Source: Hemiscyllium ocellatum
Taxonomy: Eukaryota
NCBI RefSeq assembly: GCF_020745735.1
Contig: NC_083417.1
Span: forward strand, 63,364,001-63,428,000
Reading direction: 5' to 3'
DNA length: 64,000 bases
The position numbers and the translations under genes were made by a program. The notes beneath the pieces were generated by a model. The model did not search any database. It was not told where the DNA came from and saw nothing but the letters and a program-made list of their open reading frames with translations. Shown one piece after another: positions 1-12,130 of the stretch (position 1 is the stretch's first letter; every line of letters begins with the position of its first letter).

Positions 1-2949
1 TCAACAAGTTTCGAGCCTTATCTCAGTCTGAAAATAACGATTTAGGTCAGAGGCATAGCCATTTCTCTCTTATTGCGCATAAAGTATTCACCTACGTGCA
101 GGACATTGAAAATATTTAGGTCTGGGAGCAGCAAGTCCACCACGACTTCTAGATCATTAAAAATCACTTGAACAGCACTTAGGATTAATAATCTTGCTAA
201 TTTCCTTTCCTTCGGTCCAGGGCTATGTTGATAATGTCATTTTTACTCACGTAAGATGTGAAATACCAGACCCCTATTCACATCGTTCACAGTTCCAGCT
301 ATTAATTTAGCAACCTGAAAAGTAGCAAGTATTATTCACCGCGCTGTTTGTTGGCATTTCCATATGGAAGCGCGAGGAGAAGAGAAATGAAGAGCTCGTT
401 ATTTTGCTAATAAAATTAAAAGAAAAGGTAATATTGGACGTGTGAAAAAGACAATACTTGCTAGAGGAATTCAAACTGTGGCGACATCTGAAGGATTAAA
501 GTAGATTTAACGGTTCGATTCCAGCGAATCTTCAACAGAACTCAACAAATTGGAATGGGAGTTTTGTTATTCATAGAATTCAGCTTCTGGTAGTTTCCAA
601 ATTTTCTGTGAGTTTTATTGGTTTTGTTCCAAACTTGTAAACGAATTTAATTCAGGATTTGGTTATTTACCACCGTCCATTTGAACCATGCACATTTTGA
701 ATATTGGCAATAAAAGTGCAGCACTGGGTTGTACCGCCGTTCTTTTCAGTAGCCTCTAGATCTTCTGTCAATTGCCTTCAGTCTTTGTTATTTGGCTTCT
801 GACACTTCTGTAGCTGGGAACAGTTTTCTTTAATTTGCATTTTACACCTGCTGCGAATTCTGAACTCCAGCATCAATTTGGCTTAATTCTTTTCGACTGT
901 GACGAGAAAACCCTTACCTTCTTCAGTCTCTCAACATAGCTGAATCTTTCAGTCTCGTTTTAATTCTGGTAAATGTCTTCGGCGATATTCCGTGTTCGTG
1001 ATACCCTCCCTGAACTATTGTGGCAGATTTGAACATAATACTCCAGCTGAAACATAAGTAGTCTTAACAAATGTTTAGTGCAACTTCCTTGGTTGATCCA
1101 TCGTCTCTCCATTAATAATCTCGAGAATCTACGATGCCTTTTAACCTTTTCCTTTGCCCACCCAACCTCAAAAAATGTACATAGACGACAGAATTTACTT
1201 CTATTGAAATTTCCTACCTTGTTGCAGTGGCAAAATTCCAGTAATTCCATTATTTCATTTTTTTCTTCATAGTTTCGTCTTCAGGAATGTTAGTTCGGAT
1301 TGCAGTTCTTTCGGACCATAAATATAGAAGCCCTGATATCTGACCTCATAAACAACGCAGTGCTGCATGTCATAGAATTAAACTACGACCAGGGCTGTAC
1401 TTAGATAACAACATAAATGCATGTTCATGCTTTTTCGAGGTGTCTGATCATGGAATGAATTTGCGATTATTCTTTTCTGAGCAAGTGACTTTGCAGTGAC
1501 AATTGGGTCATGAAGAATTATTATGTATCTCAAATAGCCCCGCCGCATTCCTTAATGACCCCCAGCAAATAGCCAGCAATGCGCCCTAAATACCTATCGA
1601 AGCAGGCGCACGAGATTTAGCCCTGGAACAGAGCTTCTTCATCAAAATGCCGAGCTGTGATGCTGTTTGAGGGTACCCAGCCCCAGCTGCTGCAAAGATT
1701 ATGGTGCTGGGGCCTGGCACCTCCTTATATTAACAGGGAAGATATCTGTTCCAAACCGTGGTAGGATACGAGCCAAGCTGTTTCAGCGCACAGACAACAG
1801 TGGCGTATACCCCACAATTTGTAAGGTAGCCTGCTTAAATGCTCGGTTTGCAAACCGTGCAAGCGAAATTAAATCTGGGCAATCAGCGTTCCATCAGCCT
1901 ATGTTTTATCTTCAGCGGAGAGCTGAACGATCTCATCGACATTGCTATCAGGCGAAGCTTGTACAACAATAATCTGCTCCAAAAGGTTTGATTTGAGTTT
2001 CATCAAATTTACTTGAGCACATGACAGTCTTGATTCAAGCATGGCCAAAGGGCCAGAGCTGAGATAAGAGTGACTTTCCTTGATACGAAGGCAGCGATGT
2101 TCTCAACAAAACCTCGAAAATATTGTCAATGGGAATCAGACACTAGGGAGTGGGAGTTGAGATATAAAACACTCACCAATGATTGGAGTTATATCTGGCG
2201 CAGGGAAGATTATTTTATTTTTGAATGTCAATCATTTCAGAGTCCAGAGCATTACTGCAGGATAAAAGGAGGGCGGTGTTCTAGGCCATCCATCTCACCT
2301 ACTTAGTGATTTTCCAGGCAGCATAATGTTGAAAGTGTAACTCTTTACTCACGATTCCACAATCTTCATTACTAGTCGCAGCTCCTCAGAAATTGAATTG
2401 CACATGTTGAAGCGCAGAATACCCATTTGGTATTGGGTCAGTGGCAAGTTACCTCGCCTGCACATCCATGGAGTTGATCTTCTAACGAAGACAAAACAGA
2501 ATATAGACCTCGGCCTTCTTAGGTAGATTTCTGCCACGTCGAGATCTCCCAGTGTTTGACCAACATTATGCCTCATTGTTAATTGAGTGTGCTTTGTTTC
2601 AGTTCCACTTCTGCGACTTGTGATCACATTGATCTGACATCACTATGTACAAATTGTAGGGCCGTGGAAGCCCGTCATGATGCACGGGGATATTGATAAG
2701 TACAGTTGCTTGCTTCCTTTTGTCTGAAGTACCTACGCGAAGACACAGAAGGGATAGGTTACTCGTGGAATGTTCCAGTAAAAAATTGCTGTTGACCTGG
2801 TCATCTTTGAGTTCATCTTTCAACCGACTTCATGAAGAAAAATGCAAATTACACAGCAGTATCAAAAAATGCTGGAATATCTCGGCAGATCTGGCAGCAT
2901 GTGGGGAAAGAAAGCAGAGCTGACGCTCGAAAAAGGACTTGCTCAGTGT

Positions 2950-5090
2950 TTCCAGCCATTTCTGTTTTTGTTTCTCATTTCTACCATCCGCATGTTAGAA
3001 AGCTTTCAAAAGGTGCAGATATTCACAGGTAAAGGGATGGCTGGAAAATGGGAAGCCTTCAGAAATGAGTGAATGAGTGTTCAGCGAAAGTATATTCCTA
3101 GTAGGGAGAAAGGAAACGCTGGTAGGTACAAGGTATGCTGGATGATGAAATAAATTGAGGGATTGGTTAAGGAAAAAACGAAGCACATTAAGGATAGATT
3201 GAGTGAATCCTGGGAAGAGTAAAAAGGCAGTAGGAGTATACTTAAGAGAGCGCAAAAAGGGGACATGAGGTAGCTTTGGCAAATAGAGTTAAGCGGAATC
3301 CAAAGTGTTTTTACAAATACACTAAACACAAAAGGGTAACGAGGGAGATAATAGGGCCCCTCAAAGATCAGAAAGGCGGCCTTTCTGTGGAGCTGCAGGA
3401 GATGGGACAGATAATAAACGAATATTTTGCATCAGTATTTACTGTGGAAAAGAACATGGAAGATATAGAATGTAGTGAAATAGATGGTGACACCTTGCAG
3501 AATGTCCATATTACAGGGGAGGACGTAGTCAATGTCTTGAAATGCATAAAAGTGTATAATTCCCCAAGACCTGATCAGGTGCAACCCAGAACTCTGTGGT
3601 AAGCTAGGGAAGTGATTGCTGGCCCACTTGCTGAATTACTTGTATCATCGATAGTCACAGGTGAGGTGCCAGAAGACTGGAGGTTGACTAATGTAATGCC
3701 ACTGTTTAAGAAAGATGGTAAGAACAAGCCAGGGAACTATAGACTAGTGAGCCTGACATCAGTGGTGGGAAAGTTGTTGGAGGGAATCCTGAGGGACAGG
3801 ATGCACATGTTTTTGGAAAGGCAAGGACAGATTAGGGATAGTCAACATGGTTTTATGCGTGGGAAATCATGTCTCACAAACTAGATAGAGTTTTTTGAGG
3901 AAATAACAAAGAAGATTGATGAGGGCATAGCAGTAGATGTTATCTATATGGACTTCAGCAAGGCATTCGGCAAAATTCCCTATGTCAGACTGGTTAGCAA
4001 GGTTAGATCTCATGGAATACAGGGAGAACTCATCAATTGGATACAGAACTGGCTCAAAGGTGGAAGACAGAGGGTAGTGGTGGAGGGTTTCTTTTCAGAC
4101 TGGAGACCTGTGAGCAGAGGAATGCCAAAAGGACTGGGGCTGGGTCCACTACTTTTCATTATATATATAAATGATTTGGATAAGTGAGCATAAGTGATAT
4201 AGTTAGTACGTTTGCTGATGACACCAAAATTGGAGGTATGGTGGACAGCGAAGAAGGTTGCCTCAGATTACAACGGGATCTTGATTAGATGGGCCAGTGG
4301 GCTGAGAAGTGGCAGGTGGCGTTTAATTTAGATTAATGTGAGGTGCTGCATATTGGGAAAGCAAATCTTAGCACGACTTAAACACTTAATGGTAAGGTCC
4401 TAAGTAGTGTTGCTAAACAAAGAGGCCTTGGAGTGTAGATTCATAGCTCCTTGAAAGTGGAGTGGCAGGTAGATAGGATAGTGAAGAAGGTGTTTGGTAT
4501 GCTTTTCTTTATTGGTCAGAGTATTGAGTACAGGAGTCAGGAGGTCATGTTGTGGCTGTACAGGACATTGGCTATGGCACTTTTGGAATATTCCGTACAA
4601 TTCTGGTCTCCTTCCTATCAGAAATATGTTGTGAAACTTGAAATGATTCAGAAAAGATTTACAAGGATGTTGCCAGGGTCGGAGGATTTGAGCTATAGGG
4701 AGAGGTTCAATAGGCTAGGGCTGTTTTCCCTGAAGGGTCAGAGGCTGAGGGGTGACCAAATAGAAGTTTATAAAATCATGAGGGGCATGGATAGGATAAA
4801 CAGACAAAGTCTTTTCCCTTGGGTGGGGAAGTCCAGAACTTTAGGGTGAGAGGGGAAAGATATTAAAGAGACCTAAGGGGCAACTTTTTTCACTGAAAGA
4901 GTGTTACGTGAATGAAATGAGCTGCCAGAGAAAGTGGTGCAAGTTAATATAGTTGCAACATTTAAAAGAAATCTGGATGGGTTTGGAGGGATATGGGCCT
5001 AGTGCGACTAGATTGGTTTGGGATATCTGATCGGCATGAACGAATTGGACCGAAGGGTCTGTTTCCGTGCTATACATCTCTATGATACTA
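2950..5090 (+). mobile_element. CR1-type LINE, 5'-truncated, ORF2 RT disrupted
   Basis: ORF fragments ..PGNYRLVSLTSVVGK.., DFSKAF, LLFIIYINDLD, RLRGDQIEVYKIM, with stops and frameshifts; short 3' tail. Confidence 0.9.
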
Positions 5091-5290
5091 TATTTACCCA
5101 TGACCAATTCACCTGACCATCACATCTTTGGATTGCAGGACTAAACGGAGCACCCGGAGTAAACTCACGTAGGTGCACACTCCACACAGATAGTCGCGCA
5201 AGACAGGAATCGAACCCAGACCCCGAGAAAATGGAAGTATAAGTAAACTTGCACGCCGTGAAACGGGCTCGACCTCTAACCACAAGTGTT
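5091..5290 (-). mobile_element. HE1-like V-SINE, degenerate
   Basis: Reverse complement of the V-SINE core and B box (ggaatcgaaccc on the + strand). Confidence 0.6.
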
Positions 5291-6701
5291 CCCATTATCT
5301 TCAACCAGAAAGCTCCTTTATTTACAAATAAATATTTTGCAATCATTCAAATTTGAGCAACGGCAATCGCGGATCCGAAACATAAATTGAAAATCGATGC
5401 CTCGATGGTCTGAGCTCTCCATCATGTAGAATGCATTAGAAATAAAAGTAGCATTTATAGATGGAGCGAGTGAAAGCCGAGGCACCCACGCACATTAGCA
5501 AAACCACAAAGACACATGGGCACAACAAGACACGTTTATATAGCGCATAGAACATAGTAAAATATTAAGGTAGTTGGCAGCGAATATTACAGACGGGCGA
5601 AAATAGCATTGGCAAAGAGACATGCTGTAAAAGGAGAGACAAAAACAGACTTAGTTCTGGATGAGCTTCCAGAGATTAGGGAAGGTGCAGTTCAAACATG
5701 GCTGCCTTTGTTGAAATACGGAAAATTAGAAGTGGAGTTGAACAAGAGATCAGAATTTTAATACAGATAATGTCCTGGATTGGAGGGATTTAAATGAAAA
5801 AAATGTCAAAAGAAAGATGTTGCAAAACAGAAGACAACGTGGCTCAATGAATATGAAACAATTAATGAATTAGACTAAGGATGAGTGATACGCTACAGCA
5901 TACACTAAAAGTCAAACACATAAAAATGAGGATGCAGTAACAAAACCTGTGTGCGCACAAGTTTAGACACAACTACAAATTAAAAGACTTGTACTTATAA
6001 CAATTGAAGTCAAGTTGTTCCAAAGCACTTTAAAGCAAATCGGGTAAAATTTACATTCTTACCAAGATCATCTGAGTTTTTGCCGTTCTGCTCCACGGGA
6101 GGTTTCTGTTCTCTGGAGCTCACCTTGATTTGAATGCCAGCAGTTGATCAGATGGCAGCATACTACTCTTGATTGTGGAGAGGTTTGGCGAAATCTACAA
6201 GATGAGAGCAGCACATATCTAGGTTAATATTCCAGTGCTGGACTGGGCAAATTCAGCAAGTGTTACTGTCTAAAGCATTGTTTTACAGATGCGATGATAA
6301 ACCAACTTCCCAATCACCTTCTTGGGTAAATTCCTGGGAGAATTTGAAGGACCTGACGTCACTACTTTGAAGTACAGTTAAGAGGTTATCCCGAGTATCT
6401 TTAATCTTTACCATTTACTTAGCATCACATGAGCAAAAGTTTACCTGGTCATTATCACATTGTTAATTTGGGAACGTTTCCTGCGTCACAACTGGGACTA
6501 CACTGAGCTGTATTGATTTTGGGAATACGAGTGAGTCTGAAAAGTGTGATACGATTTTTTGTCTGTAACGAAACATTAGCCCAAAGCCAAAGAGGTTGGC
6601 ATTTCTCTGCCAATTAGTAAATTTGAAAATTGCCTTTGGTTGTCATGCCTTGTGAAATACCATGTTTACTTCGTGAAGACTAGAAAAACCTTTAAATGTC
6701 T

Positions 6702-6863
6702 TCATTGAATAGTAAAACGGACTGTCCGGAAGAGGTCGCTATTTTCTTGTGAGATCGTGTTCGTCTGCGGATGTAACTGGCGCACATGTACGCGATCTTT
6801 TGCCTCATTCACCACTTCATAATCAATGTCATTACTTTCAAGTTGTGAATCGTGTTTTGTCTG
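6702..6863 (-). CDS. Candidate terminal cytoplasmic exon with ITIM (IDYEVV), possibly of gene A
   Basis: Acceptor ttactttagCAG, phase 0, 53 codons then TGA: QTKHDSQLESNDIDYEVVNEAKDRVHVRQLHPQTNTISQENSDLFRTVRFTIQ*. Locally CpG-rich. Linkage to gene A is unproven (15 kb away). Confidence 0.4.
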   Translation of the reverse strand, partial: QTKHDSQLESNDIDYEVVNEAKDRVHVRQLHPQTNTISQENSDLFRTVRFTIQ

Positions 6864-7189
6864 CTAAAGTAATTTCATTGATTTACTGCAAAACAATGAT
6901 GTATTGTGCTCATAATCGAGTGTCTAACTTTGAATAAATAAGCATTTTCAAAAACATCTGTTAAAAGCCAGCAAATGAAGTTGACATTGAATTTGAAGAG
7001 AAACTTGTCAAAATTGGCAGATGTATTTCGTTCCACTGCGTAATGATAAGCGCTGGAAAACACTTTCAAATTTTAATTTGCTTCCCGCACGCTGTTTAAT
7101 AGAATCCCAGTTCCAGTTTCCGTGTTATCCTTACTGTCGAGGCACTTTGCCATCTTCCTGCATAGGAGGTTTGGCGAAATGGGTGGACG

Positions 7190-7320
7190 GGACATTCCTG
7201 ATGAAGGGCATTTGCCCGATTTTCCTGCTTCTCGGATGCTGCCTGACCTGCTGTGCTTTTCCCAGCACCACTCTAATCTAAACTCCAGCATCTGATCTGC
7301 AGTCCTCACTTTCGCCTTAT
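7190..7320 (+). mobile_element. Penelope pseudo-LTR 3' fragment with broken hammerhead core
   Basis: attcCTGATGAagggcatttgccc followed by gattttcctgc..ggatgctgcctgacctgctg; the GAAAC part of the core is deleted. Confidence 0.7.
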
Positions 7321-8149
7321 TCATTCAATCAAGTCAAGCCTCAGACAAATAGGGCAAAATATGAAGGAAACAAAAACAGGTTTTTTAGGAAAAAATGTAG
7401 CATATCTGGCAGTATTTGTGGAGAAAAAAATAATTAACAAGTCGTGTCCAGTGATCCTTCTTCAGAACTGAAATTATTTTATGATTGATATGCTTGTTAT
7501 TATAGAAGATTGAGTGAAAAGATATTTAACCTTATTTGTGAAGATATCGTGAAAAATAACGTGGCTGATTAATGTTTGAATTTGAATTTTATCGGATGTT
7601 TTGATATGTACAATAGTGATGTGCTTACCATTTGCAAAAAAAAATCTGCAGACTATGAAACTTCAAATGTAAAGCAATCGTAAATGTGGACAACTTTACC
7701 TTGATTTCATTGTGAAAATAAAGACAACTAATCAGTCATATATAGAATTTTCAAGGGTAAAGTGGTTTTGATAATGGAAGTTACTGAAAAAGTCTGAGAA
7801 CATGAGGGAAATCATAACTAAACAAGAATTCCAAAACTGATTCCAGCACTTTAGACTGATTTGCAAGTGCATCAAGTATCAGATGCTTGGTGTTAATTTT
7901 ATCAGCAAAAATGATACATGGATTGGACCATGATTAGATGTGTGGAATCACATGCTTCACAGGTGATCAGTAAATTGAAGCGATACAGTGCTGATGTAAA
8001 ACGAGCGTAAAAGTCAAAGTTCGTAGCAATCTGAGATGTGCCTTTCATGTGGGAAAGTGTGTTTCATTTGTATATTCTTGAAGCTTTTATGTGCCTCTGT
8101 CTGGTTTTGTCCGTTGTGGTGAATAAAACACACCTCACAATTCAGCAGG

Positions 8150-8500
8150 GGAACTCAGTCCGACAAAGTTCACGGCATGCAGTGTGTGGGAAATCTTGGG
8201 TGGTCCTGCCAATCTGAATGACTGCATCTGCAGGAAGTGCCACTGGTTTTATTAGCTTGACCACGAGATTTTGGAGCTCGAGCATCAGCAGGAGACACAA
8301 TATCCACCCACAAGATTGAGAGTTATACGGGTAGAAATGGTCACATTACTGCTTAAAAAACATGCAGTTAGGGAGGGAATGGATGATCTTCAGGCAGAAG
8401 AAGGGTGGCAGATCAGGAAATCCCCAGCACGTATCTCAGTCAAGAGTGCATTTTCTCTGTTGAAAATGGTAAGAGTACAGTGAGAGCCCAGCTGCATAAG

Positions 8501-8544
<44 letters not shown>

Positions 8545-8860
8545 GAGATACAGAGAGAGAGAGAGACAGAGACAGAGACAGCGCGAGAGTGCAATGGCAG
8601 GAGGAGATTGATTCGTCAGATCTACAGACAGGCAATTCTGCTACTATGGACGTGATTCTTTAATGATGTGTTGCCATCCTGGGGCAGGGCCATGATTGTC
8701 ACTTGCATGACAACAGGACTGACATAATTACGGAACAGTTTGCTGGTATGTTTCATGGATGTTTGCACTAATTTGGTCAATAAATGGGATTGGGAGGTAG
8801 AGTGAGACGATTTCCAGGCAAATATAGAACAATAATTAAATATAATGAAGTAATGCACAT
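8150..8860 (+). mobile_element. CR1 ORF1 remnant interrupted by an AG/ACAG microsatellite
   Basis: Zinc-finger-like C..CRKC region, then an esterase-like MCCHPGA remnant, resembling ORF1 of the element at 25933-26521. Confidence 0.55.
8500..8590 (+). repeat. Compound (AG)n/(ACAG)n microsatellite
   Basis: Directly visible in the sequence. Confidence 0.95.
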
Positions 8861-8862
8861 TG

Positions 8863-9500
8863 TTATAGACTAATTCAAAGCACTCAAAAAATTCTCAGGC
8901 AGGCAGCCCTAGACATAACTTTGCAATTTGTTTCGGTAAATGTAAAGTGAAAATTACCCAGTGTAAGTTAGCTATGTTGACCACTAGATTTTAAAACAGC
9001 CAAAAAAAATCAAAATTGCACAATGAAACACAAAGAACAGAATAAAAATCCCCTAAAAAACTAACCTATCCAGCTAGAATTAATTATGCTGTTCCGAATA
9101 CACACAGCAGTCCCAATAAGCAAACTCCCTTTTCAAACCCAGTATGCGTGCTTACAAATTGAAGTTGAAGGGCAGAAAACAGAGAGAGTTTCCACACAGC
9201 TCCTTGTGATCTTCCCAATTCAAGACTAACTAAAACTGCTCAGCTCAGGTCAGCTCAGCTAACTAAAGAGCTGTCAAGTCCCATCTCTTTATCCAGTTCA
9301 CTTTTAAAGCATGACTACTTTGGCCTGTGGTCTCATCAGTTTACGTAGAAACAAAAGACCTCCTGAAACCCTTTAAATCTCTGTACCAAACCAGACTGAT
9401 CAGAGCCTGGCCAAGTTTAATGTCCCCGCTGAAACAAATCTAGGACAGAGTCTCCTTGAGCCAAGGAACAGCTTTTTGAAGAAAAGGGACGGGCTTTGTG
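8863..9500. mobile_element. Probable solo LTR
   Basis: Starts TGTTATAGAC and ends near ..TGTGACA; start resembles the LTR-like block at 48577. Ends approximate. Confidence 0.4.
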
Positions 9501-9719
9501 ACAACATGGAAGTGTGTGAGGGCTGAATGCCATTTATTTTAATGCCATGAGTTTTGTGAGTAAAGCAGATAGCTTCATTGTAGATTGAAGCACGAGAATA
9601 TGGCATCATTGCTATAATGAATACATAGCTGAGAGAAAGATGGGGATGGCTATTCAATATTCTTGAAAGAATCTTTAAACAAGATAGAGGAAGGGGCTGC
9701 AAAGGAAGAGGTGGTATTG

Positions 9720-11200
9720 CAACATTGACCAGACACTTACTGTAATAAAGTGGGTTGACGTCTTAGAATAGTCCTCAAATGTGTGCATGTCGCTAGTACT
9801 TAAAAATCAAATACGTGTTCATACAGGTGGTACTTAAAGACAAAAAGGAGACATCTGTTTGCCTGGGTATACTATAGATTGTAATCAGTCAGGTAGAAGT
9901 AGAATGTCAGATATGCAGGCAAATCTCAGAGAATTATCTAAATATTTTGAAAGTAGCAGGAGGGGATTTCAATTTACCCAACTGGGTTAGATAAAATATA
10001 AAAGGCTTAGAGTATGTTGATTTCTTAAAATGTGTTCATGAGAGCTTTCCTAGCCAACATGTAGAGAATTGGGATGGGGCAGCTGGTGGTGGCTTTTGGG
10101 AACAAAGCTAGGCAGTGGGGCAGCGTTTTAGTGATTGCGACCATAATTCAGTCAGATTGAAATAAATTATCGATAAGGATGGGGATGGACTGGAAATACA
10201 TTTCCTGTATTGGGAAAAGGATAATTTTAATTAAAAAGATATTCTTGAACAAATTAACTGTGAGAGGAAGAAGCCTTGAAAGCAGATAACCCCACAGGCT
10301 CAGATGCATCTAAAGATATTGTGGGAGACAAGGCGAGACACTTCAGTGGTTCCGATATTAATATTCAAACAACAAAGAGAACAAAGAAAATTTACAGCCC
10401 AGGAACAGGTCCTTTGGCCCTCCAAACCTGAGTCAGTATAAATGTACTGTCTAAACCTGTCGGTCAATTCCTAAGTATTTGTATCCCTCTGCACCCCACT
10501 TACTCATGCATTTATCCAGACGCATCTGAAATGAATCTACCGAGCCTGTTCTCTACCATCTCTGATGGCAACGCGTTTCAAACGCCCATCACCCTCTGTG
10601 TGAAGTACTTGCCATGTGTATCCCACTTAAACTTTCCACCTCTCACCTTGAAAGCGTGACCTGTTGTTATTGAATCCTTCACCCTGGTAAAAAGCTTGTC
10701 TCCATCCACCCTATCTATACCCTTCATAAAATCCTCTCTGCCAGCGCAAGCGTGTCAGTGGACTGCAGGATGGCTTTATTCAAGAAGAGCAATGGAATAA
10801 ATCAGGAAACGTCAGGCCAGACTAACGTGTGTTCAGTAAAGTATTGGGAAATCTTCTAAATGACAGAATTAAACTCAAATTACAGAGGCGAGAATTATTT
10901 ACGGATAGCCAGCATGGTTTTGCTTGAAGGAGGCCACAGCTGGCAAATTTGATTCAGTTTTTCGAGGATGAGTCAGGTGTGTAAATGAGGATAATGCAGA
11001 TGCTGCGGTTTACATGCAGTTCAGTAAGGTGTTTGATAGATCATACATGGAAGACTAGTAGAGAAACTAAGAGTCCATGCTTTTACAGGGCAGTTAACAT
11101 GTGATAAGGATAATAACATAAAGCATGAATGATAATTAGAACAGATGTTTATTGAGGATGATGAAAGAAATAGATAGAAAAATACCAGGAAGATTGGAGA
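9720..11200 (+). mobile_element. Degenerate CR1 ORF2 with a nested antisense CR1 3' fragment (about 10370-10730)
   Basis: Eroded endonuclease and RT motifs; nested piece begins with the reverse of a ttctttg tail and gggccaaaggacctg. Confidence 0.5.
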
Positions 11201-11269
11201 ATGAATCAATGCATTTATTTTTGGCGAATCTTCTTAATTTCAGGACTTTGTAACAACTTTTACAAGATT

Positions 11270-12130
11270 TTGGATGAAAAGGAATAACCTTAAGTGGATA
11301 AAACAATGTTTGATTATGTTTGATAATGTAATGCCTACATTGATGACCGCACGAGTTTTAGCTTCACCTAGTTATGATAAGCCAATCAAAATGGTTATTC
11401 ATACCAGTGAAATCACTGTCGATTCAATTGTATTTTCCTTTCATTTTATATATGGGCCGATGGTAGATGGTAGGAAAGAGACTGAACCAAGTTTTGGCTC
11501 TATTACATTTGGAAATGTTTATATCCAACTACACTGATTATTATTGGCATGAATTGTAAGTACTTGGCTTTTTATAATTGAATTTTATAATACAGAAATC
11601 GATGATCTCTTAGCAGTTTGAGTTCTAAGGAAGAGTAATTTTCCTAGCAGAAAAGCAGTAATTTGGTTTTGTCTTTTTCAGTCCAAGCTGTCAGACCTGC
11701 AAATAAGCCTAAAAATGCTTTAAGTAGGCAGGACTTTTCTTAACGTTCAGTCCGAAAACCAGCTTCTGTACATTTCATGCAGTGAATTAATGAGGAGAAC
11801 CACAAAGAGAAATGTACTGGATTTCATCAGTTCGGCCAGAAACTTAGATATTATGATTAGAATGACAGTTTGCTGTCATTGAGGTTATTGCTGGGAAGAG
11901 GGTTGAAACTTCCATTTTGCCATTTATATAAAGATCATTCTATGTTGCGACACATATTTTGGGTTTGCGTTTTTCTATATTAAACATGTGCTTTTTTGTA
12001 AAAGGATCATTGGACATCTCATATGTTCAGTGGTGAACACAATTATGAAACCTGAAATATAAAACTGAGGATCTATCCAACCAAGTTTGATATTGAGATC
12101 TGAATTTTACAGTGTTACTGTCAGCTGTTA
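11270..12130 (+). mobile_element. Gypsy RT/RNaseH remnant plus LTR-like sequence
   Basis: Translation ARVLASPSYDKPIKMVIHTS..RKET resembles Gypsy RNaseH (APVLAxPxxxKPF..DAS..EKE); partly duplicated at 13734-14420. Confidence 0.55.

Noticed and set aside
251-314. Exon-like 64-nt stretch with ttttcag and GTGAGT (VAKLIAGTVNDVNRGLVFHIL)
   Set aside because: No recognisable protein similarity and no partner exons in the window.
8405-8635. ORFs with ERER or SLSL runs (also 46040-46441)
   Set aside because: Translations of microsatellites.
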